The notes beneath the pieces are model-generated. The model saw only the letters and a program-made list of their open reading frames with translations, was not told the DNA's origin and ran no database searches. The position numbers were made by a program, and so were the translations under genes. A stretch of DNA of 64,000 bases from an uncultured Albidiferax sp. (lineage in GTDB: Bacteria; Pseudomonadota; Gammaproteobacteria; Burkholderiales; Burkholderiaceae_C): positions 386,532-450,531 of the forward strand of contig CAUPPH010000001.1 of the NCBI GenBank assembly GCA_963513125.1, written 5' to 3'. Of the stretch, positions 55,082 to 64,000 are shown piece after piece; position 1 is the stretch's first letter; the number at the start of each line of letters is the position of its first letter.

Positions 55082-55548
55082 TTCGCGGCGGGGCCGTCGG
55101 CAGCCTTGCTGTACAAAAACTGGCTGATCAAGTTCTCCAGCACCACCGCCGACTGTGTGGCGGCAATCGTGTCGCCCGCCACCAGGTTCTTTGCGTCGGC
55201 ACCGGCTTCGATACCGATGTACTGCTCACCCAGCAGGCCGCTGGTCAGAATCTTCAGCGAACTGTCTTTGGGGAAAGCGTAGCGTGGATCCATCGCCAGA
55301 GACACCCGGGCCTGGAAGCTTTTGTCATCAAAAGTGATGCTGTCCACCCGGCCCACCACCACCCCGGCGCTTTTGACAGCAGCCTTGGGCTTGAGCCCGC
55401 CGATGTTGTCAAACTTGGCCGACACGGTGTAGCCGGTCTGGAAACTCAGCGTCAGCAGATTGGCCGACTGCAGTGCCAGAAACAGCAGCGCCGCCGCCCC
55501 CAGCAGCACAAACAAACCCACCCAGACATCGTTTTTAGAGCGTTGCAT
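55078..55548 (-). CDS. mlaD: MCE-domain protein MlaD
   Basis: Start reassigned to MQRSKND; FDNIGGLK..A.VK.AGV.VG.V and TSGLLGEQYI motifs. Confidence 0.92.
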   Translation of the reverse strand: MQRSKNDVWVGLFVLLGAAALLFLALQSANLLTLSFQTGYTVSAKFDNIGGLKPKAAVKSAGVVVGRVDSITFDDKSFQARVSLAMDPRYAFPKDSSLKILTSGLLGEQYIGIEAGADAKNLVAGDTIAATQSAVVLENLISQFLYSKAADGPAAK

Positions 55549-55558
55549 AAACCGTACC

Positions 55559-56341
55559 TCAGATTGTGAACATGGTGGCCGTGAGCAAAAAGTCCAGCGC
55601 CAGCACCGCCAGCGAGGCCGCCACCACCGTGCGCGTCGTCGCCCGCGACACGCCTTCGGGCGTGGGCTGGGCCTCATAGCCTTGCAGCAGGGCTACAAAG
55701 CTCACCGTAAAACCAAACACGATACTTTTGATGACCCCGTTGCCCACGTCGCGCCACACGTCCACGCCGCCCTGCATCTGGCTCCAGAACGCACCGGAAT
55801 CCACGCCGATCATCAGCACACCGACCACCCAGCCGCCCAGGATGCCCACCGCGCTGAACAGCGCTGCCAGCAAGGGCATGGTGATGACCCCGGCCCAAAA
55901 GCGCGGGGCCAGAATGCGCCGCACCGGGTCCACGGCCATGAGTTCCATGGCGCTGAGCTGCTCGCCCGCCTTCATCAAACCAATACCCGCCGTGAGCGAG
56001 GTGCCCGCGCGCCCGGCAAACAGCAGGGCCGTGACCACCGGGCCCAGCTCGCGCACCAGGCTCAGGGCCACCAGCAGGCCCAGAGCCTCGCTGGAGCCGT
56101 AGCGCTGCAAGGTGTAATAGCCCTGCAAGCCCAGCACAAAGCCGACGAACAGGCCCGACACGCTGATCAGCGCCAGCGAATAGTTGCCCAAAAAGTGGAT
56201 CTGGTCGCGCACCAGGCCAAAGCGCTTGAGCGTCGGCCCCAGCAAGGCCACCAGGCGCACAAACAGGCGCGTGGCGTTACCGATGTCGGCCAGCTTGCTG
56301 CGCAGCGCAAAGCCTACGTCAGATGGTTTGTACCAGCTCAT
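55559..56341 (-). CDS. mlaE: Mla permease MlaE
   Basis: Start MSWYKPS; [15 protein letters not shown] and GVSRATT..VV motifs. Confidence 0.92.
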   Translation of the reverse strand: MSWYKPSDVGFALRSKLADIGNATRLFVRLVALLGPTLKRFGLVRDQIHFLGNYSLALISVSGLFVGFVLGLQGYYTLQRYGSSEALGLLVALSLVRELGPVVTALLFAGRAGTSLTAGIGLMKAGEQLSAMELMAVDPVRRILAPRFWAGVITMPLLAALFSAVGILGGWVVGVLMIGVDSGAFWSQMQGGVDVWRDVGNGVIKSIVFGFTVSFVALLQGYEAQPTPEGVSRATTRTVVAASLAVLALDFLLTATMFTI

Positions 56342-57183
56342 GTGGCACCGCCTTTGGGCGCTTGCAGGCCCGCGCCAAAGTCCTGCTCCACCGTGGGACC
56401 GGGGTAATGGAAGCGCACCGGGCCATCGGGCAGCGCGTGGATGAACTGGTGCACCAGCGGGTCGGTGCTGCCGCGCACTTCGTCCGGCGTGCCCTGGGCC
56501 ACGATCTTGCCATTGGCCAGGATCACCACCTTGTCGGCGATATGAAAAGTTTCGTCCAGGTCGTGCGAGACGATGATGCTGGTCAGGCCCATGGTGTCGT
56601 TCAGGTCGCGGATCAGCCGGGCCGCCGTGCCCAGCGAGATCGGGTCCAGCCCGGCGAAAGGTTCGTCGTACATCAGCAGCTCGGGGTCCAGCGCCATGGC
56701 GCGGGCTAGGGCCACGCGCCGGGCCATGCCGCCCGACACCTCGCTGGGCATCAGGTCGCGCGCGCCGCGCAGACCCACCGCGCCCAGCTTCATCAGCACA
56801 ATGTCGCGCACCAGCGCCTCGGACAAATCGGTGTGCTCGCGCAGCGGAAACGCCACGTTGTCGAACACGCTGATGTCGGTGAACAAGGCCCCAAACTGGA
56901 ACAGCATGCCCATGCGGCGGCGCGCAGCGTACCAACCAGCCTGGTCGAACTGGGCGACGTTCTGGCCGTCCAGCAGCAGCTCGCCCTTTTGGGCCTTGAT
57001 CTGCCCGCCGATCAGGCGCAGCACCGTGGTCTTGCCGCCGCCCGAAGCCCCCATCAAGGCAGTGACCTTGCCACGCGGAATGCTCAGCGTAATGCCGTCC
57101 AGCACCGGTCGATCTCCGTACCCGAAGGTGAGGTTGCGGATGTCGACGAGGTTGTCGGTGGGCAAAGGGGCGGAGGGCGTCAT
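56338..57183 (-). CDS. mlaF: Mla ATPase MlaF
   Basis: Start reassigned to MTPSAPL; [27 protein letters not shown] and [10 protein letters not shown] motifs. Confidence 0.93.
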   Translation of the reverse strand: MTPSAPLPTDNLVDIRNLTFGYGDRPVLDGITLSIPRGKVTALMGASGGGKTTVLRLIGGQIKAQKGELLLDGQNVAQFDQAGWYAARRRMGMLFQFGALFTDISVFDNVAFPLREHTDLSEALVRDIVLMKLGAVGLRGARDLMPSEVSGGMARRVALARAMALDPELLMYDEPFAGLDPISLGTAARLIRDLNDTMGLTSIIVSHDLDETFHIADKVVILANGKIVAQGTPDEVRGSTDPLVHQFIHALPDGPVRFHYPGPTVEQDFGAGLQAPKGGAT

Positions 57184-57189
57184 AAAAAA

Positions 57190-57218
57190 GCAAAAGCCGG
57201 AACGTTTCCGGCTTTTGC
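57190..57218 (-). terminator. Terminator-like hairpin immediately upstream of the mlaF start
   Basis: 13-bp perfect stem GCAAAAGCCGGAA/TTCCGGCTTTTGC, followed on the minus strand by TTTTTT and then ATG. Confidence 0.55.
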
Positions 57219-57261
57219 ATGATAAAGGATAGTCCCCATAGTCGGCCTGGCAGTGTCGCAA

Positions 57262-57289
57262 AATACATACATACCTGGATGTATGTATT
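57262..57289. promoter_or_regulatory. AcrR-like TetR operator
   Basis: AATACATACAT-ACCTGG-ATGTATGTATT; arms and spacing match the E. coli AcrR site TACATACAT-N6-ATGTATGTA. Confidence 0.6.
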
Positions 57290-57305
57290 AGAGTTTCCAC
57301 TCCAC

Positions 57306-57368
57306 GCTATGCATTCAGGAGCTGCTTACGCCTATGGAATAAGCGCAAACCCCTTAAAAAGCACATAA
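57306..57368 (+). repeat. REP-like family 1 copy (intergenic)
   Basis: GCTATGCATTCAGGAGCTGCTTACGCCTATGGAATAAGCGCAAACCCCTTAAAAAGC. Confidence 0.85.
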
Positions 57369-57392
57369 CCCAAGGCACAGACACCCCTTCCA

Positions 57393-57511
57393 GAAACACC
57401 GTGGAACTGGCTTTGCCAGGCCACTGGTGTTGCCCCCCTGCGTGTCGTATCGGCTTTTCAAGACGATACGAGGGGGGTTGGCGGAGACACGAAGTGCGTA
57501 GCCTGGGGGTG
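57393..57511 (-). repeat. Structured repeat family 2, copy 2 (with extra internal hairpin)
   Basis: Aligns to 30769-30857; begins a few nt after the gltD stop. Confidence 0.8.
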
Positions 57512-57515
57512 AGCT

Positions 57516-58994
57516 CTATCTAGGCAAGTCGCTGAAACCCATGAGGAACTCGTCCACCGCCCGCGCAGCCTGGCGGCCTTCGCGGATGGCCCAGACGACT
57601 AACGATTGACCGCGGCGGATGTCGCCTGCTGCAAACACTTTGGGCACGTTGGTGGCATAGCCGCCACTGAACTCGGTGTGCGCCTTGGCATTGCCACGCG
57701 CATCCTTGTCGATACCGAAGGCATCCAGGATGTTGGCCACGGGGCTGACGAAGCCCATGGCCAGCAGCACCAGGTCGGCCTGCATCACGACTTCGGTGCC
57801 GGGGATTTCCACCAGCTTGCCGTCCTTGAACTCGACGCGCACGGTCTTCAGGCCGGTGACCTTGCCTTTTTCGCCGATGAACTCCTTGGTGGAGATGGCG
57901 AACTCGCGCTCGCAACCTTCGACGTGGCTGGAGCTGGTGCGCAGCTTGATCGGCCAGTAGGGCCAGGTCATGGGGCGGTTTTCTTCTTCGGGAGGCTGGG
58001 GCATGACCTCGAACTGGGTCACGCTGACCGCGCCGTGGCGGTTGCTGGTGCCTACGCAGTCGCTGCCGGTGTCGCCGCCGCCAATCACGATGACGCTCTT
58101 GCCATCGGCACGCAGTTGCGCCTTGACCTTGTCGCCTGCGTTGACCTTGTTTTGCTGGGGCAGGAATTCCATCGCGAAATGGATGCCGTCCAGCTCGCGG
58201 CCGGGCACGGGCAGGTCGCGCGACTGCTCGGCACCGCCGGTAAGGACTACCGCGTCAAAGTCTTTTTGCAGCTGCTCGGGGGTGATGGTTTCCTTGGCCC
58301 AGTTGGTGACCTTGGAGCCCTTGCCCAGCGGGTCTTTGGCCGCGCCGACCATCACGCCGGTGCGGAAGGTCACGCCTTCGGCCTGCATCTGTTCGACACG
58401 GCGGTCGATATGGCTCTTTTCCATCTTGAAGTCGGGAATGCCGTAGCGCAGCAGGCCGCCGACGCGGTCGTTCTTTTCGAACAGCGTCACGTCATGGCCC
58501 ACGCGGGCCAGTTGCTGTGCCGCCGCCAGGCCTGCGGGGCCGGAGCCGACTACGGCCACTTTTTTGCCGGTCTTGTGCGGGGCCACGCGGGGCTGGACCC
58601 AGCCCTCGTCCCAGGCGCGGTTGATGATGGCGTGCTCGATGGACTTGATGCCCACCGGCAGGTCGTTCACGTTCAGGGTGCAGGCCGCCTCGCAGGGTGC
58701 GGGGCAGATGCGGCCAGTGAACTCGGGGAAGTTGTTGGTGCTGTGCAGCACCTCGATGGCGTTCTTCCAGTCGCCGCGGTACACCAGATCGTTGAAGTCC
58801 GGAATGATGTTGTTGACCGGGCAACCGTTGTTGCAGAACGGAATGCCGCAGTCCATGCAGCGCGCGCCCTGGACCTTGGCCTGCGATTCGTCGAGACCGA
58901 CGACGAATTCTTTGTAGTGCTTGACGCGCTCAGCGGCGGGCTTGTAGCCCTCTTCGAGCCGCCCGTATTCCATGAAGCCTGTGACTTTACCCAT
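57516..58994 (-). CDS. gltD: Glutamate synthase small subunit
   Basis: RCMDCG.PFC...[25 protein letters not shown] and [10 protein letters not shown] motifs. Confidence 0.97.
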   Translation of the reverse strand: MGKVTGFMEYGRLEEGYKPAAERVKHYKEFVVGLDESQAKVQGARCMDCGIPFCNNGCPVNNIIPDFNDLVYRGDWKNAIEVLHSTNNFPEFTGRICPAPCEAACTLNVNDLPVGIKSIEHAIINRAWDEGWVQPRVAPHKTGKKVAVVGSGPAGLAAAQQLARVGHDVTLFEKNDRVGGLLRYGIPDFKMEKSHIDRRVEQMQAEGVTFRTGVMVGAAKDPLGKGSKVTNWAKETITPEQLQKDFDAVVLTGGAEQSRDLPVPGRELDGIHFAMEFLPQQNKVNAGDKVKAQLRADGKSVIVIGGGDTGSDCVGTSNRHGAVSVTQFEVMPQPPEEENRPMTWPYWPIKLRTSSSHVEGCEREFAISTKEFIGEKGKVTGLKTVRVEFKDGKLVEIPGTEVVMQADLVLLAMGFVSPVANILDAFGIDKDARGNAKAHTEFSGGYATNVPKVFAAGDIRRGQSLVVWAIREGRQAARAVDEFLMGFSDLPR

Positions 58995-59010
58995 GATTCG
59001 TTCCTATTCT

Positions 59011-63741
<4,731 letters not shown>

Positions 63742-63869
63742 GGCGCTCTCCTATAGTGTTTCGCGGGGGATCGAAGCATAAAGCACAGCAACAACAATGC
63801 CAAGCAGAATAATAGGGGTCAGATTCCAATTAATTCCCGACAAAACCACCAAGAAATTAAATAGGGACA

Positions 63870-63930
63870 CATCAAAAACAGGAGCTACTTCCGCTTTATT
63901 TATAAGCGCACAGAGCACTTTTTATTCTGA
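63870..63930 (+). repeat. REP-like family 1 copy touching the stop of the edge transposase-like gene
   Basis: CATCAAAAACAGGAGCTACTTCCGCTTTATTTATAAGCGCACAGAGCACTTTTT. Confidence 0.75.
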
Positions 63931-63999
63931 TTTTTTGGGTAGGAATGGCCTGCCTGCCGCCGCCTTGGCCACGCGGCGTTCGGTGCGTTTTTGTAAATC
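63922..63999 (-). CDS. C-terminus of a probable IS200/RAYT-like (Y1 HUH) transposase-family protein, cut by window edge
   Basis: Frame reads DLQKRTERRVAKAAAGRPFLPKKSE*, resembling the recalled C-terminal ..RR....GRP tail of the transposase-like gene upstream of gltB in Comamonadaceae; only 25 codons visible. Confidence 0.5.
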   Translation of the reverse strand, partial: DLQKRTERRVAKAAAGRPFLPKKSE

Positions 64000-64000
64000 T

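Noticed and set aside
51433-55282. Long plus-strand ORFs (628 and 667 aa) opposite the ABC, aminotransferase and mla genes
   Set aside because: Shadow ORFs over well-supported minus-strand genes; the same applies to 3589-5280, 46901-48421, 57606-59039 and similar
55559-57268. Possible mlaF-mlaE fusion (569 aa)
   Set aside because: The N-terminal part is an alternative frame of mlaF; the two genes are separate with an ATGA overlap

Overview
GC-rich betaproteobacterial chromosome segment. It is most likely Comamonadaceae (Rhodoferax/Acidovorax-like), inferred from the gltBD-mla-murA-hisGD gene order, the Bug-type TTT receptor and the short HisG. The housekeeping and metabolic backbone comprises an oxidative galactose/arabinose-type cluster with dgoK/dgoA, an L-talarate/galactarate dehydratase, recJ, an MCP, ndh-hmp-norR, algZR-argH, a QseBC-like pair, an EPS-type trio, hisDG-murA, the mla operon and gltBD. 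Small accessory or defence modules sit between these genes with no integrase or IS in view: an HTH-Fic protein with a non-canonical motif, a HigB + HigA-IrrE/ImmA fusion islet, an orphan HipA, a SRAP homologue lacking its catalytic triad, an NYN nuclease, HipBA and a complete Zorya type III-like operon. Three signals are not explained by standard annotation. (1) The AT-richer higB/higA-IrrE islet carries a candidate ~100-nt sRNA and two microproteins (40 and 50 aa). (2) A REP-like palindromic family (GCTAY-N7-RTAGC + hairpin) has about 21 copies, 7 of which lie inside coding sequence (recJ and hisD starts, gltB end, etc.), and a probable RAYT/IS200-type transposase C-terminus appears at the right edge. 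(3) A second structured repeat with compensatory base changes begins directly after stop codons. No rRNA, tRNA or CRISPR array was seen. Product calls rest on motif recognition and recalled family knowledge, not on database searches. Start codons were re-chosen by eye where the ORF track was over-extended.
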